A stretch of 64,000 nt of DNA from Pelomyxa schiedti (lineage: Eukaryota; Protista; Evosea). Shown piece by piece: positions 38,658 through 49,663 of the stretch. The position numbers and the translations under genes are program-made. The stretch is taken from the NCBI GenBank assembly GCA_020536535.1, contig JAHLWZ010000277.1:80565-144564 (forward strand), written 5' to 3'. Below the pieces are notes generated by a model that was not told where the DNA came from, did not search any database, and saw only the letters and a list, made by a program, of their open reading frames with translations. Within the stretch, counting starts at the first letter, position 1. Each line of letters begins with the position of its first letter.

Positions 38658-40360
38658 TCAGGTCTTCTTGCTCTTGCCGTCTGCCTTGCCGCGCTTGCGT
38701 GAAGGGGATTTGGCTTTGCCACCGTCACTGGATTCCTCCTCACTCGATTTCGCCTTTGACTTGTCCTTGGAACGTTTCTTCCCGGCCTCCTTGTCAGTTG
38801 TCTTGGTGGATTTGGTCTTGTCCTTCTTGGATGGCTTGTCTGACTTGTCGGACTTGTCTGGTTTGTCTTTCTTGTCTGACTTGTCGGATTTGTCTGGCTT
38901 GTCTTTCTTGTCTGACTTGTCTTTCTTGGATGACTTGTCTGACTTGTCCTTCTTTTTGTGGGTGTGGGCTGGCTTTTCCCCAGATTCTTCTTCAGAGGAA
39001 TGTGCCTTGTGGTGCTTCTTCTTGGACTTTGATTTGGGTGGCTCTTCTTCAATCTCTTCTTCCTCACCTGTGCTTTTCGGCTTGGCTTTTTCTGTTGCGG
39101 GCTTTTCCTTGGCAGCTGTGGTAGGCTTTGGCGCAGGCACTTCCTCTGCAGGGTGCTTGTCTTTGGATTTCGGCTCTGGTGCGTCTGCTTTGGGTGCGTC
39201 CGGTTTGGATGATGGTTTGGGTGCTTCCGGCTTAGATGAAGTTGTAGAAGTTACGCTTGTGGTGCTTGATTCCATAGGCTCCAGTGGCTCTAACTCCTCA
39301 GGCGCATCCTTTTCCTTCTCTTCATCATCATCCTCATCCACCTTCTTTGCCTTCTTTTTCCTTGACACTTTCTTTTTCTTTTCCGTACAAGACTTATCAC
39401 CTTTGTAAAATGCAATAATTCTACTGATCACATTTGCTTTTTTCCCATACGACTTGACTTTATGAGTTCTACACCACTTCCTCAATTCCTCTTTTTAAGG
39501 TAAGGGTTTATACGTTATATGTTGAATGTAAACCTGTAGTATAATGTTGAAAAAGGTCCTGTGGAGTAATATCTTCGTTGATTGGGGGTTTCGATTTGCT
39601 GATATGCAGCTTGGGCTTCTTTTCTGGCTCTACTAACTGCCATTGCAGGGTTTATTTGTAGAATAAGGAGAATGACAGGGTCACCTCTCCTGTGGCCATA
39701 GCATCAAGTATCTGTTGCTTTGTGTGATGCTTTGTTATAGGTATATCCATAGCCTTAGCGCATTTACGAAGAAGTACGTGATCACACTGTGTTTAGAATT
39801 AGGGCTAATTGAGGTAGTTGAAGTGCACAGTTCGCATAAAGTTTTCAATTCCACGGGCGATAATTTCCTCTGCAATGAGTTGCCGAACGGCATCAGGGGA
39901 TTTGTCTTCAGTCCTATAGTTGGTGAGGGAGGAACTGTCGTTTTGAGGGCAGTGTACTCGTTCATTCCGAGGGCTTCCGTGAACAATTCCAGTTTGTCGT
40001 CCTCAACGTGTGCAAGGTATTTCTTGAGTTGTGGTGAAACGGTAAATCAAAAAGCAAGGGTACTACAGTCAATCCCACGTGCTCTACGTCGCCAACAAGA
40101 AACCGTGCGTAAGCCGCCTTCGTGGAGTACCTCCGGCTGTCGTCGAAAACGACCACCGATGCCATGTGCTCCTTCGGCATATTAGAGCAGAGGTACGTCG
40201 TGCCGATGTGCACGATTTGCTGCCGAATGTTGTCCACGATCTCGACCTCTGTCATTTTCTCATCCAGTTTGACCTTCGAAGCAGCCAAGATCTCCTTCTT
40301 GAGGCGCAGTGGTAAACTCAATATCGCCGCTAAGTGTGGGTCCTGGTGCCCGCGCGACAT
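38658..40360 (-). CDS. SAP-domain protein with helical repeats and a Lys/Asp/Glu/Ser-rich tail (chromatin-associated, DEK-like layout)
   Basis: ELRKWCRTHKVKSYGKKANVISRIIAF is a SAP motif; KDKSDK/KDKPDK tandem tail; ATG at 40360. Confidence 0.65.
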
Positions 40361-40579
40361 CCTTGCGTGTTTTATGGTTTTTTAATGTTTTCTGTGCTTG
40401 TGTTTTTTTCTTTTACCTGCCAGTTTCGGTGGCAGTTTGTTTTCGCGCAAATCTTAAGGAAAAAGAGACTGTGAGACTGAGGAAGGCGTCGCAACACAGA
40501 CAGACAAAGGTGGTTCTTTTCGACGCGGCTGCTGGTGTGCTGCGGTGGCTTTTTGGTTTTGGTTGTCCACTCCGCCCAG

Positions 40580-41056
40580 TCAGGTCCTCTTTTGTGCCAT
40601 GTCGTCGAGGAACTTTCGGCGCAGGTGAAGAACCTTGGTGTACAGATCCACGTCGAGCCCCTCCACGCTCCTCACAACACGCGCAACCAGCAGCAGCTTC
40701 TTTCTGTTAGTAGTCCTTGTTGTTGCTGTCCCATTGCCACCGCTGCCATCACCACCACCATCACCATCACCAACATTGCCCTTGTCTACTACCTCCTCGT
40801 CCTCCCTCAGCTCACCAATGACCTGCACGAGCTCGTTGGGGGACGCCCTCAGGGCGCCGATCTGGGCGAGGCCCACGGAGAGGCACAGGTCCGCGGCCGA
40901 GGGGTCCTCGACCACCGCCACGTTGCGCGACGCCAGGATCTCCCGCAGCCTCCCGGTCACCCGGACGCTGTCCCCGGGCCCGCAGCCCTCGCGCCCCACG
41001 ATCTCCTGCACCGTCACGACGCGCCCGCTGCGAACGGCCAGCGGCGACGCCCGCAT
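40580..41056 (-). CDS. TEN1: CST complex subunit TEN1 (OB fold), intronless
   Basis: GDSVRVTGRL...LVQVIGEL...LVARVVRSVEGLDVDLYTKVLHLRRKFL is the characteristic TEN1 pattern. Confidence 0.85.
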   Translation of the reverse strand: MRASPLAVRSGRVVTVQEIVGREGCGPGDSVRVTGRLREILASRNVAVVEDPSAADLCLSVGLAQIGALRASPNELVQVIGELREDEEVVDKGNVGDGDGGGDGSGGNGTATTRTTNRKKLLLVARVVRSVEGLDVDLYTKVLHLRRKFLDDMAQKRT

Positions 41057-41261
41057 TGCCTGCCTTGCCTTTGGGGTTTGGTTATTGGCGTTGTTGTCAT
41101 GATTTAATTTTTCTTTGTATCTGGTATCTGTTCGCTCAGTCTGATTGGGATTTGTGGAGAAAAGGGCCATCGATAACAAACAGTCAAACTTTCAAGGGAA
41201 GCAGGCTCTTGGCCTTTCATTACTTTTTTTTTTGTTGTGGAGAACTTTGGTATATGGGTTT

Positions 41262-42906
41262 TTAGACACCAAAGGTGTTAAGTACGTCCAGCATTTGTGT
41301 GTACCAGGTTCCATCCATGGAGAACACAAAATCAGCTGTACGGGAAAAAATTAGTGCTGTGGAAGGAAGTGGGCTAAAATTGGGTGTACCATGGTTCCAC
41401 ATGGGAATTTCAGTGGGCGGTATAACATACTCTACACCAGAAAGGGACGGAATAAGGGAGTTGACAATATCATAGGCAGTGACAAGAGTATCATGGCCTC
41501 CATAATACAACGCCATCTTGTTCTTTATATTCCACAAGGGGATAAGTGGTGGCTCGGGGTCCCCGTAGTGCTGAATGTTCGTAGCATTCTGGCAGAAATG
41601 TGAGTATTGAAAAAGTCACAAAAGTACGTGTACATCGTTGTAATCATAATAAGCAAAGAGATTTGTAGCCATGGCTTCAAAGCCATGTTGCAGATTTCGT
41701 GTAGATGTGCTGTCTGTCAGCTCCAAATAAACTGGCATACGAGTAGCATTACAGTTGCTCATATCCCAACCCATTATCACCTAAAGAATTTTTGGGACCA
41801 GCCTATGTAAGGACAAGGAATGTATACCTCCATAGTCATAGCACAGACCTCAGGGTAAGATACGCAAAAATCAGATAACAATATTTCTGCAACTAGTTAA
41901 CGAACTTAACAGGAAACATAAAGTTCACCTTCAAGCTTATTTAGGCCCTTCATGTGCCATATGTTATGATCATATAACCAATTCCCCAGGTCCAATTTAA
42001 GGCCAATGACAGCAGGTAAACTTGTTGTGTGACCCACATAAACCGCCGGAGCTGGAAAGAGAGGCAATTAGTTCCACGATTTCCACTAGTAAGCTATCCA
42101 TACCTAAAGCCATATAGAATCCCACCTTCGCTGCATAATCCGGAAGTGTGCTGAGAGCAACCAAAGAATTGGCGCAGCCTTCACTGTGACATACAACAGT
42201 AAGTTGGTCATGCCCTGTGTAATCGAGCACGTAATCAATCATAGCTGGAACATCATACGTTCCCATTTCAGGCCAGCTAGAGACCCAATAATGAATGCTA
42301 GAAATTAATTGAGGGTCGAAACCTCCACTCCCAGAATTTTTCTTCATCGGCAGTGTAATTCGCATTATAGTAGGAATACACAGTTCCCCTGAAATTTGCC
42401 AACCAGACGTCCCAACCCGCGTCATGAAGCATGAAAGCTAGGTCCTGCCAGTAACAAGTTAAGCAAAGGGACGAGCAGAACAGAAGAGACAAACATTAAA
42501 AGGAAAGTTAGCGACCCAGCAGCCGGCGTTGGTGAACACGCCATGCATCATGAGAACAGCACGAGCTCCAATTTTAGTGGGTGGGATTCGCTGCATGCCG
42601 ATTTGAAAATTATCAGCAGTCCACGTGTTATGCATCTCTGCTGGGTAGCTACAGTATTGTAAGAATTACCTTACTTAATAACACAGAACACAAAAACAAA
42701 CAAGCAGCCTGGGTGACAGGCTGAAAAAAAACCATAATCGACCCATGAGTTTGAAGAAACACTTACCCTTGTCCTACAATTAAATCAGTGGCAGTTAATA
42801 ACGGTTGTGCGCCACATTTCAGCCATCCGGCACCACAAGTCCACAGAATGGCAACGTTGAGCAACTTGCGTAGTACTGACTTGCAATCTTGCAATGATGA
42901 CACCAT
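41262..42906 (-). CDS. Lysosomal/gastric-type acid lipase (alpha/beta hydrolase)
   Basis: GYPAEMHNTWTADNF...MQRIP, VLMMHG, LAFMLHDAGWDVWLANFRG, YDVPAMIDYVL, nucleophile elbow CHSEG, GGHDTL, WNHADF. Confidence 0.93.
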
Positions 42907-43326
42907 CTCTTTCACTCTATGTTTGTGGTAACAAGCTCACGGGTTTTTTTTTTGTTGTGACTGTTTTGTGGCTTTTTGCTTTAGCTTTAAATGGGGGGGA
43001 AATGCCGATTGAATTTTACGAAGAAGTTACAAGTTCCGTTACGGGATTGCCCCAATCGGCAACATCACTTTGTTCACAAAGGTACCAAATCTTTGCTGGG
43101 AGATACGTTGCGGTAGCAAGCAAGCCTCTTGAGCTCACTCCTCCTTAGATTAGAGTTTCAAGTGGACTCCTCACTGCAAAGCTGCAGGTATAATCGACCT
43201 CAACTCAACAACGAAAGGAACGGGCTTTTGATTGCGGGGAAAACAACTTCATCAACGAAAAGTACGATTTAAAAGATTTTCCCCGTGTGTGGTTTTTTCC
43301 AGTGACTTCTCGGAATCCCCAATGAG

Positions 43327-43661
43327 CTATTCTTCATTGGCGCTAGACCACTTCGGGGAATGCATCCACTTCGGGGAGTGCATCTGCCTGGTGGCGGCCT
43401 TGTTGGCCCACTTTGGGGAATGCATCCACTTCGGGGAGTGCATCTGCCTGGTGGCGGCCTTGCTGACCCACTTGGGTGAATGCATCCACTTTGGGGAATG
43501 CATCCACTTAGGGGAGTGCATCTGCCTAGTGGCCATTGGACTTGCCTGACGAGAAGCATCAACCTCCTGCACAGTATTACCAGACAAATAAAAGGAGTTA
43601 ACTGTACCAAAATAATGCAGCAAATAAGCACTACAAGGAACAGAATATATAGTGGCGACAT
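43327..43661 (-). CDS. 97-aa secreted repeat-peptide precursor: signal peptide + 7x MHSPKW
   Basis: Exon 1 (43661-43608, MSPLYILFLVVLICCIIL), a 41-nt GT-AG intron (43607-43567) and exon 2 (43566-43327) give EVDASRQASPMATRQ(MHSPKW)3VSKAATRQ(MHSPKW)2ANKAATRQ(MHSPKW)2SSANEE*. Repeat variation is entirely synonymous in this frame. Confidence 0.85.
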
Positions 43662-43728
43662 AGCTGTCAGTATTCGGTTTGTTGTTCGCTTGTTTCTTTC
43701 TTGTTTTGTCGTGGTTTTTCCGATCATC

Positions 43729-43734
43729 TATATA
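43729..43734 (-). promoter_or_regulatory. Putative TATA element of the peptide-precursor gene
   Basis: TATATA about 70 nt upstream of ATG 43661, followed by an A-rich leader. Confidence 0.4.
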
Positions 43735-44181
43735 AGCACGAGATGTGCAACTGCGCACTGGAAAAAAGCTGATAAAAACGCCAGAAACCCGGCCCCAAAA
43801 CAGACGTTTTTTTTTTCTCGAGAAGAGTGAAGATCGGGTGGATATAACGATTATTAATCAAAAACCCCATCTGCTCCGAGAGTCTCGGAGAATCTGCTCT
43901 TTCGGCTAATTCTACTGAGAAGTCGAAAGAAATGGCTGAGCGACGATAACGAAAATGACGGCGTTCCGGTCTGTTGATTATTTTATTCAGCCATTAATGG
44001 CTGCATCAACACCCGAACTTTTACCGTCGTCGCAGGATAGGTCTGGCGTTTTTTTTCTTCTGCCATATGTTTGGGCCAAACAACCTCCAGTAACAAGCTT
44101 TTCTTCGTCGGTAGGTTAGTGTGTTGGGGCTGCAGAAATAAGCCTCTCGACCTTCTGCGTAACACCTTTCACATAATCAAA

Positions 44182-45845
44182 ATGGATATTGACGTTCGCC
44201 CGACACCAGCACAACTCCTCGACGCAATCGAGCAGTGCCTCGCGTCGGGCGGGGGCCCCCCCGGTGTCGACGACGATTTCCTCAACGACTGCGACGACGA
44301 CGACGCCGCCGCGGCCGCCTCGGACGCGGTGAACTGCGCCTCCGCGCCCCCGTGCGCCACCCCCGCCGCTCTGCCCTACGCCTCCGCCTCCGCCTCCGCG
44401 TCTTCTGCTTCTTCTTCCGCCTCCTCCGCCCCCACATGCGGCGCCCGCTCCAAGTCCGCCGCGGGACCCCAGGGCCTCTCCTCCCCCTCACACGCATCGC
44501 CTTCGGCGTCTTCTGCTTCCTGGGGTAATTATGGGACGCCGGGTGGTGGTGGTGTTTCGGGGGGGAGCGGGGCTGCGGACACTGAAACGAACCAAATGAC
44601 AATTTTGGCTGAATTGATTTTGGCGTGCCCTCCGGAATCATGCTGGCGAGCTTTTTTCTATGGTCCGGGGTGGATTTGTTTTATTTGCTATAGCTGTGTG
44701 TCGAGTTCCTTTCATTTACTCCCATCCCATGTACAGACGATGAAGCACTCCAGGCAGTTCTCACGGCGAATGAGGCACAAACCACTGCACTGGCACTGTC
44801 AATAGTGGAGTCTATACCGCTGCCTTCCCTTGTGGAATTGTAAGCCAGTACATCACAGGAGGGGAACTGGGTGGTAATATACTAATCAAAAGGAAGATTA
44901 CGCGTTTGTACACCAATACTGTTTGAGAGGTTAATCAAGAGTTATGTGGACATGCAAATCAAAGATAGCAATCAATCACTCGGTAATATAGTCACAGCAG
45001 ATGCAACTGGTACCCTTATACCACGATTTTCTTGTTTTATGCAGGTTCAATGCACCCAAGTCCACATAGTTTTCCTAACTTCAAAAGCCATTAAGTAAAA
45101 ACTCCAAGTTTTTCTTGACATTACTGTGTATAATATCATCATACTGGAATGCAAAATCTTCCCCAGACTCAATTACCACACTAGACGTTATTACCTGTGA
45201 CATTATTCCATTTGTAATTGCAGTCAGTATATACCCCTCACATTATAAATCTAAACCTGATCTGTACCAGGTTCCTGAAAGATATTCAGATATGCATTGG
45301 CTGGTGACCAAAATTACAGCTGATGCCTCTACTGTACTTGTAAATGACTCTCTAACCAACACCGCAACCTCAACTTCAAGCTCCTCCACTGCCACATCCC
45401 CGCCTTCCACCCAGCGGGAGCTAGTATGCATAGCAACAATGTGCATTCACCAGGTAGCATATCTGCTGCGGCAATTCCATCTGGTCGGACACGGAGATAT
45501 AGGCCTCGGGACATGCCAGCATGTACACTTCCCCTCATCCCCTTTTAGATTCTGCGAAACACTGACCCTCTTCCTATCTATCTATCTATCTATCTATCTA
45601 TACAGGTGCCCATAGCTGCGTCACTGCACTTCGCGGATAATTTATTCCGGTGTCTACCTCAACTTCCACAAACATTTCAACAACTCGTCACGGCGGCCCT
45701 CACCAAGCACCCTGATTTACTACGGCTTTGTGCAAACCAGAGGGGTGATGAACAGCACGAACAAGTTGCCGAGTCAATCTCGCAGTCATTGCACTTACAT
45801 TGTGGAGAACCTCTTGTGTCACTCTATGCCTCCTTCTCTGTCTAA
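44182..45845 (+). CDS. Hypothetical protein (low-complexity N-terminus, probably helical body)
   Basis: aaaATG at 44182 and several exons with GT-AG introns ending ...LYASFSV* at 45845. No recognisable domain. Confidence 0.6.
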
Positions 45846-46214
45846 ATATCAATAGTCCAACAGTGCATGCAACAAACTCTTTTTTTTTAGTTTGCGGGTC
45901 CGTTGTACCTCCTTGTGCAGGCACACTGTTGGCTCTATCAAGTACCCCAACTCCACAAACTCTGAAAGAAAATTTTGAAATTCCACAGGGTTCCCTGGGC
46001 TTCGCTTGGTAGGTTTTCGGCCGCGATGATCTGAGGTTTTCCACGAAAATCAATTTTTCCCTGGGCTATTGCCTACTTGGGCCATCGTTCCCAGCTCGGC
46101 GACCGAACACAGCTAAGGGAAACAATTTCTTTGTTTCTTTTAGTCGCAGTGAAAGATCATTTAGTTATTGTTTTTCTTTGGCACCGCAAGCGTTCGCCTC
46201 GTTGCCGTACCTCA

Positions 46215-49200
46215 ATGAGTGGTGGTGGGAAAGTGTCATCTTTCCGCGATGTGCACGGTCACAGGAATGAAACAGCTGCCACTACTACAGCGACTGCTAC
46301 CACTACTACTACAACAACAACCCCCACCGTGCGTGTACAACCGCCCTCGGAACCAACCACGCCACACCGACAAAGGCCGAGGCTTCCGAACGACGTCCCT
46401 GTGGCCAACGTCGTGGTCGACACGAGAGGCGGGAGCTTCCCCGTCGTTGGCGCCTGGACTTCTTCTTCTGCTGCTTCTTCCTCTTCTTCTCCTCGTAGGA
46501 CTGGTGCGCCCGCGACGGTCGTTCATGTCAGGCCAACGACCTCCTTGGCATCACAACATCCCGGCGTCAATTCATCCCTCCCAAAAGTACGCCCCGCAAC
46601 GTCGCCCGACTGCCAAAACGCGCCGCCCGCGACCTTTGCTCCCATCTCCTCGTCGTCATTTGACCCGGGCGAGATACCGCCCCCGTCGCCAAAAACCGGG
46701 GGCGGTGGCAGTGGCAGCAGCAGGAGCCACAGGACGCACGGCTCCAACAAGGCCATTCACACTCTTACAGTCGACACCACCATTGCGTCCGTTGCCACGG
46801 TGACAACCACGACTCCAGAGTCGACAAAGACGGAAGTTCTGTCAACAACAAGCACAACGACGAGAACAACGACGCCCCTCAGAGCTAAGCACACATCTGC
46901 ATCTGTAATATTAAAAACCACTGTAACAAGTTCCACTGATTTGAGTGTTGCTGCAACACCGGACTCTACTGTTCCCCAACAAGCAGTCGAACCGCAAAAC
47001 ATCACTGAAGAGGCTGAGGCTGATTGTACGAATCAGACACTTAATACTGAAAACCCGCTTTCCCTCAATGTTTCAGGAATTATTGAAGAACCACTTCAAA
47101 AAGAATTGTCAGGAATCGAATTAAACGAGGTTTCAACAATGGCAGCCATGGCTTCCTCTGCTGCTAATGCTCTTGCTGCTACCGTAAACCCCCGGGACGC
47201 AAAGACTCCACACTTTGAGGAAGAACCTGATGTTCTTTCTGCCACCGATGTTCTGGAAGCAGCTCAAGTAGTAATGGCTCCTCCAAAAGTCATACCTCCG
47301 GCCCAGCTAGCAGCTGAGGCTGCATCTGCAGCAAGTAAGTTAGCAGCAGAGAAAGCTGCCAGCCATACTGGGTGGTTACGGAGGGCCGATAATGTCACAC
47401 GGTTTCTTTTTTGTTGCCCAACAAACCAGCTTCTCAAAGAAGTTTTTATTGCACTAAAAATGGGCTGGCCTGTGTGCCTATGCTACTTATTCCAAACGAT
47501 ACTGACTTCAATCAACCTTACATTTGTGGGGCACATAGGAGAGGATGAACTTGGTACGTACTTCCTTACTTGAGTGATGTTAACTCCACTGCTCAGCTGC
47601 GACATCCCTTGCCCTGATGGTAGTAAATGTTAGTGGATTTAGTTTTGGAGTTGGACTTCTCGGGGCCATAGATACACTTTCGTACCTGTGATATTTTGAT
47701 TAATTTATAGCTCACAGTGCATCAATTGAAAAAAAAAAAATAGATCCCAAGCATTTGGTGCTGGAAACTGCAGAAGAGTCGGGATCATTCTTCAAAGAGG
47801 TACGACCTTTCAAGGATATTTTTTTTCCTTAGGATATTCCCTAAGCGGTTTTGATGCTTTGGGTCTATTGTATCCCAGTAATTGGCCTTTGGTGCAGTGC
47901 CGAATATATACTCATTCTTGCAAAGCAGGCACTTTACAAAGCTACCCCTCACTACCTTACACTTGAAATAAGGACCCAGATATTGTGAAAATGGCTTCGA
48001 AATATGTCAAAATACTCATTCCTGCTTTACCATTCTACTTTCTTTTTGAGGCCCTAAAAAGAACCCTTCAGACACAAGGAATCACATTCCCCATGATGGT
48101 ATGTTTGATGCCACTGACCCCTGATTGACGGAAATAGGTAATTGCTCTTGTCTCCCTTGGAATTTTGGCTCTTTTCAACTACATTTTCATCAATGTTTTA
48201 AATCTTGGATTTATTGGTGCGCTTACCATTTTTTCTCGTCAGAGCTGAATTCATGTTTGTTAGGATCTGCAATTAGTCTCGATATAACATGGATCTCTAT
48301 GCCTATCATGTTAATAATCTGGATCCTTGTAAGAAAGCTCCACTTAAAGTTTGTACTTGTTTTCTTCCTTCCTGCTTAATTCTTTACTTAGGATGTGGAA
48401 AGGATTTTCAAAGGAAGCCTTGAAAAATTGGCCCACATTTTTATCTTATGGAATACCTGGTGGACTTATGTCGTGTGCTGAGTGGTAATTCCCGTTTAAC
48501 CGGATTGTGGACTTCGTACTGATTTCCTCCAGGTGGGGTTTCGAAATAGTCTCAGTACTCACTGGTACTCCTCTTTTGTGAAATCTCTTATAGTCACTAT
48601 CCCCGTAGGGATAATTGGCAAAACTCAATTAGCCTCTAATATGGTTGGAATGAATACATTGTCCATCTTGTTAATGGTTTGTCAAAACACATAACTGGTA
48701 TAACCTAACAAGCAAGACAAGGTTCCACTTGGAATGAGTACTGTAGGATCCACTCAGATTGGCAACTGCTTGGGTGCAAACGATGGCAGCAGGGCAAGGT
48801 AAGGGAAATTCCCGTATAAGTAACACAGAGATTTATTAGGGTTGTCACACGAGTAGCAATGGCCATTACTGTAATTGCTGAAGTCATCCAAATACTCGCA
48901 CTTCTTGGACTCCGTACTGTGTGGGGAAAGATATTTTCCGATGATCCCGATGTCATAAAACTCGTATTACATATTCTCTTCGTTTACGGGTTTGTTTCTC
49001 ACCCAACAACAACAAAAAAAAAGGTTTCCCAGTTGCTTTTATTGTCCTGTTCTTTCATTATGTTTGACGGGTTACAAACATATGGTTCGGGAATCCTCCG
49101 TGGGTGTGGAAAACAGAAGATCGGAGCTTTAGGAAACCTCGCTTCATTTTATGTAGTAGGAATACCCATTGGTGCCGTACTTGCTTTTGTTGTTGGAATT

Positions 49201-49446
49201 GGGATTTTTGGGCTTTGGATTGGAATTGGGGTGTGTTAACCAACCCTTTGTGAATCACTCCCAACGTATTTGCTCTAGATTTCTGTCTTCCTTACAGCAC
49301 TTTCGTTTTCCCTAATCATTTACAAAACGAAATGGGACAAACTGGCACAAGAAGTACATGAAAGAGAGGCCTCCAACCCTGACGAATATGACCCGGGACT
49401 CTCTCGGGCCCTTAGTGATGCCTTCATCCAGTCTACTGGTGTGTAA
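46215..49446 (+). CDS. MATE family multidrug/toxin efflux transporter with a ~400-aa disordered N-terminus
   Basis: FVGHIGEDEL, GAIDTLSSQAFGAGN, ILQR, QDPDI, LQTQG, EWWGFEI, IGNCLGAN, FDGLQTYGSGILRGCGKQKIGALGNLASFYVVGIPIG, GLWIG. Confidence 0.96.
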
Positions 49447-49663
49447 ATACCACTCCAACAATTAGGAGTGCAGGCCAGTCATTTTGCCACTTTTCCACCA
49501 CCATCATTATACATACGCCTTTTTGCTGTACCAATAATGAGGATTGTTTAATAGTGGTTCTTCCTTCAGTTCTTCCACACCTTTTTGAGATTTCTCTGGG
49601 AAATGACTTCCCCGGAACGACGTTTCCAGTAACTTACGGAAGAGAGAGAAAAAAAAACAAAAA

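Noticed and set aside
42170-42200. Lipase nucleophile elbow reads CHSEG instead of GHSQG
   Set aside because: The catalytic Ser, Asp and His are all present; small substitutions at this position are common and do not indicate a pseudogene.
43232-43727. Alternative readings of the 43.4-kb repeat: plus-strand HFGECI ORF, unspliced GRCTPRSGCIP ORF, or a CRISPR-like array
   Set aside because: In those frames the repeat variants are non-synonymous (F/L; R/Q/L), whereas they are all silent in the MHSPKW frame. There are no unique spacers or cas genes, and the locus is eukaryotic.
45573-45602. (TCTA)n tetranucleotide run
   Set aside because: An ordinary short intronic microsatellite.
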